Positions 17,486-27,711 of a stretch of 41,027 bases of DNA are shown here, one piece after another. This DNA comes from a virus. Its lineage: Duplodnaviria; Caudoviricetes. The notes below the pieces were generated by a model, which was given only the letters and a program-made list of their open reading frames with translations, was not told the DNA's origin and ran no database searches. The stretch covers positions 1 to 41,027 of the IMG/VR virus record IMGVR_UViG_3300043414_000515; one strand, 5' to 3'. Position 1 is the first letter of the stretch; each line of letters opens with the position of its first letter. The position numbers were made by a program, and so were the translations under genes.

Positions 17486-19336
17486 ATGACATTACAAGTA
17501 CGCCGAGGATTAAGCGCAGATAGAACCACCGTTACTCCGTTGAGTGGTGAGTTTCTATATACGACTGATACAAAACTTGTCTACATCGGAGACGGCACTA
17601 CAGCGGGGGGTAATTCTGTTGGTGGTGGAGGTGGCGGTTCTGGAACGGTCACTTCTGTTTCTGTGGTGTCTGCCAATGGTTTTGCTGGCACGGTTGCTAC
17701 ATCAACCACAACCCCAGCCATCACTGTCAGCACTAGCATTACGGGCGTTTTGAAAGGCAATGGAACGGCAATTTCTGCTGCTACTGCTGGTACAGATTAC
17801 CAAGCACCAATTACGCTGACAACTACAGGTACATCTGGCGCATCTACTTTTGTAGGCAATACGCTAAATATTCCGCAATATTCTGGTGGCGGGGGCAGTG
17901 GGACGGTTACTTCTGTCGCTGCAACTGTACCTAGCTTTTTGTCAGTAGCTGGCAGTCCTATTACCACTTCAGGCACATTGGCAATTAGCTACTCAGGCAC
18001 TGCATTGCCGGTGGCTAATGGCGGTACTGGAGTTACAGCGTCTTCTGGTGCAAATAGCGTTGTTTTGCGTGATGCAAACCAAAACATTGCAGCTAATTCT
18101 TTTAACGATTCTTATTCAAATATTGCGGCTTCTGGAACGGGAATTACATTAACGGTTTCATCGGCTCGAAGATACACAATTACGGGTTCTGGAGGACAGG
18201 TTTTTACCTTACCTGATGCAACCACATTAACAAACGGCTCAATTTTTGAATTTGACAATAACCAAAGTAGCGGTGCAATTACCGTAAACAACAATTCAAG
18301 TACATTGATTGTTTCAGTTCCAAGTGGCGCTATTGTTCGGATTGATTTGTTATCTAACGCAAGTGCTGCTGGTTCTTGGGATAAACATAGTCTAACCCCA
18401 TCAAACGTGTCTTGGTCTACCAATACGTTGGACTACCCCGGCTCCATTACTTCTGCTACATGGAATGGCGTGGCTGTTGCTATTAACCGTGGTGGTACGG
18501 GACAGACTACGCAAGCTGCGGCTATTACTGCATTGGCTGGCACACAAGCATCAGGGCAGTATTTACGTTCCGATGGAACCAATACTTTGCTGTCTGCTAT
18601 TCAAGCAGCCGATGTTCCTACGCTTAATCAGAACACCACAGGAACTGCTGCGAACGTAACAGGCACTGTTGCCATAGCTAATGGTGGTTCTGGACAAACC
18701 ACCGCACAACTTGCAATGAATGCATTTGCTGGTGCTGTTACTAGTGGATCGTATTTGCGTGGTAATGGTACAAACGTAGTCATGGCAACCATCCAAGCGG
18801 GTGATGTGCCAACTTTGAATCAGAACACTACCGGCAACGCAGCTACAGCCACATCAGCAACAACTGCTACCAATCTTGCTGGTGGCGTTAATTTACAAAT
18901 ACCATACAACACTGGTTCTGGAACAACTTCGTTTATTGCTGCTCCCATTGTTAGTAGCACATATCTGCAATACAACGGCACAGGATTTTCTTGGGCATCT
19001 GCTTCTGGATTAGGAACTGTTACTTCTGTGGCGGCATCTGTGCCATCATTTTTGTCAATTAGCGGTAGTCCAATTACCACTGCTGGCACTTTGGCAATCT
19101 CTTATTCTGGCACTGCTCTTCCTATTGCCAATGGCGGTACAGCGTTAACGACTACTCCAACCAATGGGCAATTGTTGATTGGAAATGGTACAAATTACAC
19201 CTTGTCTACTTTGACAGCAGGTTCAAACATTACCATTACAAATACAAGTGGCGCAATTACAATTGCATCAACTGGTGGCGGTAGCGGCATTACAACTGGT
19301 AAATCCATTGCAATGGCAATGATTTTTGGCTTTTAA
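17486..19336 (+). CDS. Tail fiber with Mtd-like N-terminal domain
   Basis: LQVRRG...GEFLYTTDTKLVYIGDGTTAGG; repeated GTVTSV/ANGGT/VPTLNQNTTG modules. Confidence 0.75.
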   Translation: MTLQVRRGLSADRTTVTPLSGEFLYTTDTKLVYIGDGTTAGGNSVGGGGGGSGTVTSVSVVSANGFAGTVATSTTTPAITVSTSITGVLKGNGTAISAATAGTDYQAPITLTTTGTSGASTFVGNTLNIPQYSGGGGSGTVTSVAATVPSFLSVAGSPITTSGTLAISYSGTALPVANGGTGVTASSGANSVVLRDANQNIAANSFNDSYSNIAASGTGITLTVSSARRYTITGSGGQVFTLPDATTLTNGSIFEFDNNQSSGAITVNNNSSTLIVSVPSGAIVRIDLLSNASAAGSWDKHSLTPSNVSWSTNTLDYPGSITSATWNGVAVAINRGGTGQTTQAAAITALAGTQASGQYLRSDGTNTLLSAIQAADVPTLNQNTTGTAANVTGTVAIANGGSGQTTAQLAMNAFAGAVTSGSYLRGNGTNVVMATIQAGDVPTLNQNTTGNAATATSATTATNLAGGVNLQIPYNTGSGTTSFIAAPIVSSTYLQYNGTGFSWASASGLGTVTSVAASVPSFLSISGSPITTAGTLAISYSGTALPIANGGTALTTTPTNGQLLIGNGTNYTLSTLTAGSNITITNTSGAITIASTGGGSGITTGKSIAMAMIFGF

Positions 19337-19345
19337 GGAAACAAC

Positions 19346-19717
19346 ATGGCAAATCCAAATATTGTTAACGTCACTTCTATTCTTGGAAGTACGTCTTATC
19401 TTGTCCCTACAACCACTTCAGCCACTACTTGGACTGCTTTGACACCAGCGGTTGGTACTGTCAATAAAATTAACAGTATGGTCGCTGCCAACGTGACGGG
19501 TACTGCTGCCGCTATTACTGTTTCTATTAACAGCGCAACGGGCGGCGGCGGTACAGCGTATCGTTTGACTTATCAAACTATTGTTCCGGCTAATGCATCT
19601 TTGTTGGTTATTGATAAAAGCACCATGATTTATGTTGGTGAAGCGCAATCCATTGTGGTGACATCAGGTACAACTAATTCAATCGAAATGGTTGCTTCGT
19701 TTGAAGCTATTACATAA
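19346..19717 (+). CDS. Small virion-associated protein
   Basis: MANPNIVNVTSI; beta-rich, follows the fiber gene. Confidence 0.65.
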   Translation: MANPNIVNVTSILGSTSYLVPTTTSATTWTALTPAVGTVNKINSMVAANVTGTAAAITVSINSATGGGGTAYRLTYQTIVPANASLLVIDKSTMIYVGEAQSIVVTSGTTNSIEMVASFEAIT

Positions 19718-20670
19718 TGAATACTTTCAAAGGTTCTATTCGGTCTGCTACGGCAGCCGCTAATAGTTCTGTTGCGGCATTGGGAAAATGGACGCTTACC
19801 GAACATATGCAAGGTCGGCAATCTGGTTTATGGCCTGGATATATCACGCCTACAGTAGATTATTTGGTTATTGCCGGCGGTGGTGGAGGAGGCGGTAAAA
19901 ATACTGGCGGCGGTGGTGGTGCTGGCGGTTTTAAAACTGCAACTAGTTACTCAATTGTTGGAAACACGGCCTACACCATTACCGTGGGTGCTGGCGGCTC
20001 TGGAGGCACAAGCCCCTCGCAATCACGTGGCGCAAATGGCGGCAATTCTGTTTTTGACACTATCACTTCTACTGGTGGCGGTGGTGGCGCACAAGGCGTT
20101 CCACCCAATGCTCCCAGCGCTTCATTGAATGGCTCTAGTGGCGGTTCAGGTGGTGGCGGTGGTGGAACTGACTCCGGTGGTGGTGGTACTGGAGGTGCTG
20201 GAACTTCTGGACAAGGATTTGCTGGCGGTAATGGTGCAAACGGCGCTAATGCTGGCGGCGGTGGTGGTTCTAGTGCTGTAGGCACTAATGCATCTAGTAC
20301 TGGAGGCGGCGGCGGCGCAGGAACTGCTTCATCTTATTCTGGCTCTTCAGTAACCTATGCTGGTGGCGGTGGAGGTGGCGCTAACTCTTCTGGAAATCAA
20401 GGATCAGGCGCTGCTGGTGGCGGTAATGGAGGATCAGGAAACCCAGCCTCTGCTGCAACTTCTGCCTCTGCCAATTCGGGATCAGGTGGCGGTGGTGCAG
20501 GTGGATTTGAAACTATTTTGTCTGGTGGCGCTGGAGGATCGGGAGTAGTAATTATTCGGTATTCTGATGCTTACTCTGCGGCAGCGTCAACCACAGGCTC
20601 TCCGACCATCACAACGTCAGGCGGATACAGAATTTACCAATTTACCGGCAACGGAACAATTACATTTTAA
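19717..20670 (+). CDS. Glycine-rich domain tail-associated protein
   Basis: VDYLVIAGGGGGG...GGSGVVIIRY...YRIYQFTGNGTITF. Confidence 0.75.
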   Translation: MNTFKGSIRSATAAANSSVAALGKWTLTEHMQGRQSGLWPGYITPTVDYLVIAGGGGGGGKNTGGGGGAGGFKTATSYSIVGNTAYTITVGAGGSGGTSPSQSRGANGGNSVFDTITSTGGGGGAQGVPPNAPSASLNGSSGGSGGGGGGTDSGGGGTGGAGTSGQGFAGGNGANGANAGGGGGSSAVGTNASSTGGGGGAGTASSYSGSSVTYAGGGGGGANSSGNQGSGAAGGGNGGSGNPASAATSASANSGSGGGGAGGFETILSGGAGGSGVVIIRYSDAYSAAASTTGSPTITTSGGYRIYQFTGNGTITF

Positions 20671-20672
20671 TC

Positions 20673-21035
20673 ATGGCACATTTTGCAAAACTTGATGAAA
20701 ACAATGTAGTTATTGAGGTGCATTGTGTCCATAACAACGAATTGCTAGTCAATGGCGTAGAGTCAGAAGCGCAAGGCGTTGCGTTTTTGGTGATGTGGAG
20801 TGGAGGCTATCCTTTTTGGAAGCAGACATCCTACAACGGCACAATTCGCAAAAACTACGCTGGCATCGGTTACACCTATGATTCGCAGCGTGATGCTTTT
20901 ATTGCTCCCAAGCCATACGCAAGCTGGACGTTAGATGAAAATAGTTGTGTATGGCAACCTTCAATACCAATGCCTACTGATAACAAAATTTACAGTTGGG
21001 ATGAATCTACCATGTCATGGATAGAATTAATTTAA
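20673..21035 (+). CDS. Conserved phage protein accompanying glycine-rich fibers
   Basis: MAHFAKLDENNVV...WKQTSYN...RKNYAGIGYTYD...DAFIAPKP. Confidence 0.7.
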   Translation: MAHFAKLDENNVVIEVHCVHNNELLVNGVESEAQGVAFLVMWSGGYPFWKQTSYNGTIRKNYAGIGYTYDSQRDAFIAPKPYASWTLDENSCVWQPSIPMPTDNKIYSWDESTMSWIELI

Positions 21036-21044
21036 AGGTTAATT

Positions 21045-21332
21045 ATGGGAAGTTTTTCTTCATCAATCAGTCAAGACCCAAGTATTCAAAATAGCGGCAA
21101 AATTGGCGGCAGTCCTAATTTGGATCAGGCTTTGAGTTCTATTATGAACCCACCTAAGCAAATGCCACAAGCTTATCAAGGCACTGTAGGGTTGCCAGAC
21201 GGCACAGGAGTTAATGGAGCCCTTACAATGTCAGCTACTTCTGGACAACCCCAAATGGGTCAACCAAATACTTTTTCAAACACACCTCCAGTACGCGATA
21301 ATACTGCCGGTGGTAAAGGCAAAGGAGCGTAA
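21045..21332 (+). CDS. Hypothetical low-complexity protein
   Basis: 95 aa, in operon. Confidence 0.6.
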   Translation: MGSFSSSISQDPSIQNSGKIGGSPNLDQALSSIMNPPKQMPQAYQGTVGLPDGTGVNGALTMSATSGQPQMGQPNTFSNTPPVRDNTAGGKGKGA

Positions 21333-21334
21333 TC

Positions 21335-22069
21335 ATGGGCATGAGTAGCGGAAAATCCTCAGGACAACAAAGCACAACGGTTCAATTGACTCCTGAACAA
21401 CAAGATACGCTTCGAATTCAAAATGAAGCGTTAAAAAACACGTTTCTTCCTGCTTACAAAAGTACAGTAACTGGCGCAAAAGACATATACAACCAAGTAG
21501 CACCTGCCGCTACTAGTGCAGCAGATTATGCTTCTAACGTAGCTGGAGCCGCTGGTGGCTTGCAAGGTATGTTAGGTACTGGAGCGTTAACATCAGGCGT
21601 TTCTGGTCTTCAATCTTTGTTTGATCCTAATTACGAAAAAAATCAAATCAATGCTGCACTGCAAGCTGGACGGGAAGATATTCGTGAACAAGTGGGATCA
21701 CAAAATGCCATGTTTGGTGGTGCAGGTGGTGCTGGTGGTGCAAGGGCTGCTTTGGCTCGTGAAAACTTAACCCAACTTGGTCAACAACGTCAAGCTACTG
21801 CTGCTGCTGAAGCGCAAGCTAAAGTACAAGCCAATAAAGCCGCTGCTGCCCAACAACTAGCTACCATTGGTGGTGCTGGTCTTGGTGCTGCTCAACAATC
21901 TGCTGCTGCTCGTATTGGTTACGCTGGAGTGCCACAAGACATTTACAACAAGTACGCATCGATTGTGTACGGTGTTCCTCAAGCATCTACTGTATCCAAT
22001 TTTGCTGGTACTCAAGGTCAAAATCAAACCGGAAGCAGCAAAAGTTCTGGCAGTTCTTTCAAATTTTAG
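21335..22069 (+). CDS. Internal virion / DNA ejection protein (putative)
   Basis: A/G/Q-rich helical; position. Confidence 0.55.
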   Translation: MGMSSGKSSGQQSTTVQLTPEQQDTLRIQNEALKNTFLPAYKSTVTGAKDIYNQVAPAATSAADYASNVAGAAGGLQGMLGTGALTSGVSGLQSLFDPNYEKNQINAALQAGREDIREQVGSQNAMFGGAGGAGGARAALARENLTQLGQQRQATAAAEAQAKVQANKAAAAQQLATIGGAGLGAAQQSAAARIGYAGVPQDIYNKYASIVYGVPQASTVSNFAGTQGQNQTGSSKSSGSSFKF

Positions 22070-22078
22070 AGGTGACCT

Positions 22079-22426
22079 ATGGCTACTAGTTCTTTTGGAG
22101 GTCTTGGTTTAGGCGAACTTGGCTCTGAAAAAAAATATTTTGCCAATCCTGAAAAAGCGCCTGGAATTTTGCAAGCTGCTGTTAATATTCCCAAAACATA
22201 TATAGCAAAAACATTAGCTGATCCTATAGTTTCTTGGTTTGAAAAAACCTTTGGTGATGCTCCAGAAGGTAGTGCGGTTCCTCCTTCTATGCAACCTGTA
22301 GGAGTAGACCCTCGCGTTAATCCTTATGTGCTTCAAAATCAATACAATATGTATAACAATCCTAATGCTGTGTTACCAGAAACTATTGATGACCCTGCTC
22401 ATACAAAAAGCAATCCCTGGATGTAA
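22079..22426 (+). CDS. Hypothetical protein (ejection module)
   Basis: 115 aa, RBS GAGG. Confidence 0.55.
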   Translation: MATSSFGGLGLGELGSEKKYFANPEKAPGILQAAVNIPKTYIAKTLADPIVSWFEKTFGDAPEGSAVPPSMQPVGVDPRVNPYVLQNQYNMYNNPNAVLPETIDDPAHTKSNPWM

Positions 22427-22438
22427 AAAGGAATTATT

Positions 22439-24451
22439 ATGGCTGAAGTAGCAGAAAAACCGCTTTTACAAAGAATACTGCAAAATTTTCAAGGTATTCC
22501 GTTAAATGAATCAACGCCTATAGCGGGTGCTGTTGCTCCTATTAGTCCACGGCAAGTGACACCAGCAGACATGGGTGCGGTAGAGTCACCTAAAATGCCT
22601 AGTGGTATTGATATCAATCAACCGGGTGCTGACGCAGTAGGCAAATTTTCATTAGCACAACGAACATCATTAAACCCTTTTCCTACTGAAAATTCATTAG
22701 GCAGATTGGCGGTTACAACCAAAGATGTTGGTGCATCGACTCTTGGACAATTTCAAGGTGCATATTTACCTGTCATCATTACTGAGGCAGAACGAAACGC
22801 TGCCGAATCTGCACATCAAGACAACAATTCAAAAGGATTTTTACAAATTGCTGCTAACACTAGCAATTCTGCTGTAGCAGATGCAGCTTTGCTTAGAGCA
22901 AAAAATCAACAAAAAGGTGAAGTTAAATACGCTGATACATTTGGAAAAGTAGATGCTAAAGGTGGAATACAGACTCAAGATGGTCGTATTGAATACGCTA
23001 AGTTATGGCAAAACCGTGATAACACGCCCGATTGGAGAAATGCTGCTATTCAATATGTAATGGGAAATGACAAAGCTGCTAAAAAATATTTAAGCGGTGG
23101 TGAAGTCAATGACAAAGTGCAAATTGATACCAGTACAGGTGATGCCATCAAGTATGGGGTTGATGAAAATGGTGATTACCATTGGGCTGTTAATTTAAAA
23201 ACTGGCAAACAACTGAGTCCTGAAGAATTTCAGCCAATAGTAGGACGCTTGGGTACGTTGGAACAAACATCCACTTATCTTGTTGACAAAGCCAATGCTC
23301 AAGATTGGGCCAAACAATTTAATGCTGATTATGCAGATGCCAAACAAAAAGGCGTAGCAGCTTCTGGTCTGCAAACAATGTATGAAATGCAGGATAACAA
23401 CATTACTGGATTGAAAGACATTAGTCCAGCTTTGGCTTCTGAAATTTTGCGTTATTCTGGTACAAGCATTGGACAATCTCTTTCTCAATCTAGATCTGCT
23501 GAAGCTTTTACTCAAAAGGCACAAGCAGCAGGATTAAAAGAAGGTCAACAAGTTTCTGCTGAATTGGCTGCTGGATTTGAAGCTGCTTTTCCTAAAATTG
23601 CTGGAGCTACATTTAATGGTAAAGGTCAATTTACCGCAACAGATGGCAGCACTTTTAGTATTGATACCTTAAATCAAGGTAGAGCATCTGCTAATACAAC
23701 CGCAGAAACAGACAAGCGTTTGACTGCTAGTGCAGAAAGCATCATGCGAGATGAAAAAATTCAAGCATTGCTCAAGCAAGACCCTACTGGTGTATTGGCA
23801 AAACGCTTTACTGCTGCTTTGGATATGGCTAAATCAATTGCGTTACAGGAATCTAAAATTGGAAGCAATGCGTTTAATCTTCCTCCTATTGGATTTGGCG
23901 TAACAGATGAATATGCTCGTGGACGCATTCAAGCACAACAAGGAATTTTCAATCAGAAAGCCAATACTGCATATGCACAATATGTAGAAGACATGTCTAA
24001 AAAACTAGGATCAAAAAATCCTCCTAGACCAGGAGATTTGATGGCAGGCTTTACTGCCTCTCCTGAATACAAAACCTTGTTAACAGAATACAAAGATAAA
24101 GCTAACACTATTATTCAAGAACGTGGGCAATTTGCTCCTTTACCAGCAGCAGACACTTTACTCAATGCTAATCCAAACATGGCAACGCCTGTTCCTAAAG
24201 CATCTTTGGCTACAGAATTAGGAAGTGGAGCAATTACAGAAGCCCCTGTTTTGCCAGGAAAAGCACCTAAAGGCGGTGCTGCTCCTCCTGCACCAGCACC
24301 TGCTGCAACACCTGCTCCTGTTCCAGCACCTACTCCAGCAACAGTATTAGCTGTTCCTAAAGCGGGGGATATAAAAGCGCACGAAGGTAAACGATACAAA
24401 TTTAAAGGTGGCGATCCCAACAACAAATCCAATTGGACGGAGGTAAAGTAA
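22439..24451 (+). CDS. Large internal virion / ejection protein (putative)
   Basis: 670 aa; Pro/Ala linker and C-terminal YKFKGGDPNNKSNW. Confidence 0.55.
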   Translation: MAEVAEKPLLQRILQNFQGIPLNESTPIAGAVAPISPRQVTPADMGAVESPKMPSGIDINQPGADAVGKFSLAQRTSLNPFPTENSLGRLAVTTKDVGASTLGQFQGAYLPVIITEAERNAAESAHQDNNSKGFLQIAANTSNSAVADAALLRAKNQQKGEVKYADTFGKVDAKGGIQTQDGRIEYAKLWQNRDNTPDWRNAAIQYVMGNDKAAKKYLSGGEVNDKVQIDTSTGDAIKYGVDENGDYHWAVNLKTGKQLSPEEFQPIVGRLGTLEQTSTYLVDKANAQDWAKQFNADYADAKQKGVAASGLQTMYEMQDNNITGLKDISPALASEILRYSGTSIGQSLSQSRSAEAFTQKAQAAGLKEGQQVSAELAAGFEAAFPKIAGATFNGKGQFTATDGSTFSIDTLNQGRASANTTAETDKRLTASAESIMRDEKIQALLKQDPTGVLAKRFTAALDMAKSIALQESKIGSNAFNLPPIGFGVTDEYARGRIQAQQGIFNQKANTAYAQYVEDMSKKLGSKNPPRPGDLMAGFTASPEYKTLLTEYKDKANTIIQERGQFAPLPAADTLLNANPNMATPVPKASLATELGSGAITEAPVLPGKAPKGGAAPPAPAPAATPAPVPAPTPATVLAVPKAGDIKAHEGKRYKFKGGDPNNKSNWTEVK

Positions 24452-24452
24452 C

Positions 24453-25892
24453 ATGGCTGCTCCTTGGGACGAAAAATACGAAAAAGCACCTGCTGCTCCC
24501 GCTAAATCTGCTCCTCCTCCAGAGGCGGCTCCTGCACCTGCTGTAGCGGCTCCTGCACCTGCTGTAGCGGCTTCTGCGCCTGTTGTTGCACCTACTCCTT
24601 CAACTCCAGCGGCTTTATGGGCAGCCCGTAAAAACGCAGGAAAAACGCCTGTTCAAGTTGTTAAAGAAAATATGGGTGAAGCGGGTAATGCTGTTGTTGA
24701 TGCTGGCAAAAATGCAACTCAAGAAGGTGAAGATTTTTTAACAAGGCATCCAGAGCTTTATCTTATTCCAGCAGCATATGCCGCTAATAAGGTCGCAGAA
24801 AAAACTGGTTTGTACGACACTCTTGCTAACAAGATTAAAGGCTCCAGCGGCCCTGTGCCTACTACTCCAGGTGAAGCATTGCCACTATCACCTGATCCGA
24901 ACAATGTTTGGGACATTCATAATGAACCAGCAATGTTTGCCAATGAACAAGCACCTGTTAACACCAAATTGCAAGAACTGCAAGCTAGAGCAGCAATGGA
25001 ATTGCCTAAACCAACTCCTAGTTCTACACCCAATTCCACTGCCACTCAAGCAGTTGCAGACACTGTATCCAATTTAATTGCCACAGAAGGTGCGCCTGTA
25101 ACTAATGCTGCTCCTGCTCCTGAAGGGATAAAAGCTGCTTGGGCGCCTCCTACAGCAGAAGTGATTAACAAGCCATCCATGTTGCCATCTGGCTCAACAT
25201 TAGCACCTATTTCTGCCCCGTCTACTGATATCTCTGCTGCTGCTGCAACGCCCAAAAGGCGTGGACCAGCACCGGCTGAACCTGTGGGCAACTATCCTAA
25301 AAAAACCACGTTTAAAACAGCAGCCGAAATTCCTGAAGGGTTTGTATTTAGGCCTGATGTTGGTAATTTGGATCGTTCCATGTACAACATTCTTGGACCA
25401 GAACATCGTCAACAAGCCAAAGAATTTTTAACTGGCGGTAAAATGTTTGGTCAATCGGCAGATGTAAATGCTGATGTTTCTAAATTGACCAATCAATACT
25501 TTCAGCGTTTGCAATCCGAAATACCTGAAACTATTTTGGGCCGTGATGCTCGCAAACTACAAAACGTGCCTTCAGACTTTGGTGTGTATGGCGGTAAAGG
25601 TGGGTTTGGCAAAGCGGCAAAAGTAGCTGGTGTAGCAGGAACTTTGTTTGCTGCTGCTGATCTTGCAAATGCTGCTCAAAAGCGTGATGTGGGTCAAGCT
25701 TTGGAAGTAGGTGCTGGTTTCTTACCGCCTTTCTTGCAAGCCTTAACTTACGCCAAAGGTGCTGGAGAAGGTGAGACAGCAGAACTGGATCGTCAACGTA
25801 GAATGCAAGCCTATGCTTTACAAGCTGGCAGAGGTGTTGCCCAAGGATATGATCCACGGCGACTTGTTGGTGTTGCTCCCCCTACGAGGTAA
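24453..25892 (+). CDS. Internal virion / ejection protein (putative)
   Basis: 479 aa Pro/Ala-rich; 21-nt tandem repeat at 24525-24566. Confidence 0.5.
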   Translation: MAAPWDEKYEKAPAAPAKSAPPPEAAPAPAVAAPAPAVAASAPVVAPTPSTPAALWAARKNAGKTPVQVVKENMGEAGNAVVDAGKNATQEGEDFLTRHPELYLIPAAYAANKVAEKTGLYDTLANKIKGSSGPVPTTPGEALPLSPDPNNVWDIHNEPAMFANEQAPVNTKLQELQARAAMELPKPTPSSTPNSTATQAVADTVSNLIATEGAPVTNAAPAPEGIKAAWAPPTAEVINKPSMLPSGSTLAPISAPSTDISAAAATPKRRGPAPAEPVGNYPKKTTFKTAAEIPEGFVFRPDVGNLDRSMYNILGPEHRQQAKEFLTGGKMFGQSADVNADVSKLTNQYFQRLQSEIPETILGRDARKLQNVPSDFGVYGGKGGFGKAAKVAGVAGTLFAAADLANAAQKRDVGQALEVGAGFLPPFLQALTYAKGAGEGETAELDRQRRMQAYALQAGRGVAQGYDPRRLVGVAPPTR

Positions 25893-25894
25893 TC

Positions 25895-26128
25895 ATGGAA
25901 TATCAAGCAATGTTTAACTTTGTCGGTGGCGTTCTTCTTGTCGCCATTGGCTGGTGGTGTAAAGAAATTTGGGATTCAGTCAAGACCCTGAAGGCAGACA
26001 TCAAAGCTATTGAGATAGACCTACCAAAGCATTACGTCAGCAAAGCGGACATTGAAAGCCGCTTAGACAAGATTGATGCCACCTTGGAGCGTTTATTTAA
26101 CCGGCTGGATGCGAAAGCTGACAAATGA
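25895..26128 (+). CDS. Membrane protein, holin/antiholin-like
   Basis: N-terminal TM helix plus coiled coil. Confidence 0.55.
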   Translation: MEYQAMFNFVGGVLLVAIGWWCKEIWDSVKTLKADIKAIEIDLPKHYVSKADIESRLDKIDATLERLFNRLDAKADK

Positions 26129-26129
26129 A

Positions 26130-26408
26130 ATGCGCTGGTTACTTCTTTTTGTGTGTGCCAGTTTGGTGTATGGCGCTACACAAAAGCGGGAATGTAGTGT
26201 CAGTGAGTTTGTAAACATTGCTTACTCCAACCATGACCCTAAAGAGCGCATGGACAGAATTTGGGGTTGGCTTGAAGAATCAGGGCCGGTATGTAGTAAA
26301 GAGCAGTTGGCCCTTATTTACGCCAACTTGGGTAACGTACTGGGTAACGCTGATAGCGTAAAGGTTCGCTCAAAAATTGAGCAGTTATATCAAAGGGCAT
26401 CAAAATGA
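26130..26408 (+). CDS. Secreted/periplasmic hypothetical protein
   Basis: Signal-like MRWLLLFVCASLVYGA; Cys pair in the mature part. Confidence 0.55.
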   Translation: MRWLLLFVCASLVYGATQKRECSVSEFVNIAYSNHDPKERMDRIWGWLEESGPVCSKEQLALIYANLGNVLGNADSVKVRSKIEQLYQRASK

Positions 26409-26632
26409 ATGAGTCTTGGTTAGCAAAAAACATTCAGCCGGTAACGGTAGTGTTCCTGCTATTTTCTTATTTCCTGTTTGCCATGCTCTCTGTTTTTGAG
26501 TTGGAGACACGGGGCGCTTATGTTGACCTGCTTGGGCAAGCCATGATTATTGTGATTACAGCCATCTTTGCCGGGAAGACCGCTGAAAAGATTGTTGACA
26601 TTCGTACAAAAGGAACCTCAAATGGCACTTGA
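26405..26632 (+). CDS. Two-TM membrane protein (holin-like)
   Basis: Two hydrophobic segments, basic C-terminus. Confidence 0.55.
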   Translation: MNESWLAKNIQPVTVVFLLFSYFLFAMLSVFELETRGAYVDLLGQAMIIVITAIFAGKTAEKIVDIRTKGTSNGT

Positions 26633-27029
26633 TCCTGTATCCGCGCTCTTAGAAATTGGTGGCAAGGTTATGGACAGGCTGTGGCCTGATCCCGTGCAAG
26701 CCGCTGCTGCCAAAATGGAACTGTTCAAACTGCAACAGTCTGGTGAACTATCCATTATTGCCGGACAGTTGGAAATTAATAAAGTTGAAGCTGCTAACCC
26801 CAGCATTTTTGTATCAGGCTGGCGACCAGCTATTGGCTGGGTATGCGGTTCTGGGTTTGCTGTTCAGTTTGTTATCGGGCCACTAGCTGAATGGGGTAGT
26901 GCGCTGTACGGAAATCCCGTCAAGTTCCCTAGTATGGACATGGGAACCATGATGCCGCTCATGCTTGGAATGCTTGGTTTGTCTGGTATGCGTACTGCTG
27001 AGAAAATCAACGGGGTGGCAGCAAAATGA
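26622..27029 (+). CDS. Holin (3TM, GTA-type)
   Basis: INKVEAANPSIFVSGWRPAIGWVC...LGMLGLSGMRTAEK. Confidence 0.8.
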   Translation: MALDPVSALLEIGGKVMDRLWPDPVQAAAAKMELFKLQQSGELSIIAGQLEINKVEAANPSIFVSGWRPAIGWVCGSGFAVQFVIGPLAEWGSALYGNPVKFPSMDMGTMMPLMLGMLGLSGMRTAEKINGVAAK

Positions 27030-27250
27030 ACCTTTTCGTTCCCATTCTGTACATCTGCCTGAACAGTCATTGTGAATTCTTGCAGCAGCTTGCTGTATAT
27101 CCCGATGAGGAAGAATGCAGACAGGTCGTGATGGTGAAAAAAGAATGGTACGAGAAAACCACTGCTGCCACAGTTGAAGTTACTTGCATTACTGTCCCGG
27201 CTAGGGTAATGGAAAATGATGTAAAGCCAAAACGCAAAGAAAAAGCATGA
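27026..27250 (+). CDS. Hypothetical Cys-containing small protein
   Basis: 74 aa; ICLNSHC...EEECR...VTC. Confidence 0.6.
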   Translation: MNLFVPILYICLNSHCEFLQQLAVYPDEEECRQVVMVKKEWYEKTTAATVEVTCITVPARVMENDVKPKRKEKA

Positions 27251-27663
27251 TTAATTCTCGCAGCCTTGATGATTTAGCACCCCCCGTTAAGCAACGCGCA
27301 CAAGCCTTTGTAGAGGCCGCCAAGGCAAAGGGCATAGACCTACTGGTTACCTCTACCTATCGGGATCATGAGAGCCAGAACGCGCTGTACGCTCAAGGCC
27401 GAACAACACCCGGCAACATAGTGACCCGAGCCAAAGCAGGGCAGTCATGGCACAACCACCGCTGCGCCTTAGATGTTGTTCCATTGGTCAACGGGAAGGC
27501 TGTGTGGGATGATCAAGCCGTATGGAAACAGATTGGTGAGATTGGCAAATCATGCGGCCTAGAATGGGCTGGTGATTGGAAGACATTTAAAGAATACCCG
27601 CACTTCCAATACACAGGCGGTTTAACAATGGCGCAACTTCAATCTGGCGCAGTGATTGCATGA
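27247..27663 (+). CDS. Endolysin, M15 family L-Ala-D-Glu peptidase
   Basis: STYR...QNALYAQGRT...SWHNHRCALD...WAGDW...EYPHFQ. Confidence 0.9.
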   Translation: MINSRSLDDLAPPVKQRAQAFVEAAKAKGIDLLVTSTYRDHESQNALYAQGRTTPGNIVTRAKAGQSWHNHRCALDVVPLVNGKAVWDDQAVWKQIGEIGKSCGLEWAGDWKTFKEYPHFQYTGGLTMAQLQSGAVIA

Positions 27664-27711
27664 TTTTGCAATAGACCTGTGCTAGATTCCGCGCAATTTT
27701 GCGGAGTCCTT

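Noticed and set aside
17486-19336. Diversity-generating retroelement suggested by the Mtd-like N-terminus
   Set aside because: No reverse transcriptase and no TR/VR pair with adenine-specific differences seen
24525-24572. GGCTCCTGCAC match to the QEPVA repeat
   Set aside because: Ala/Pro linker tandem read on the opposite coding strand; likely coincidental
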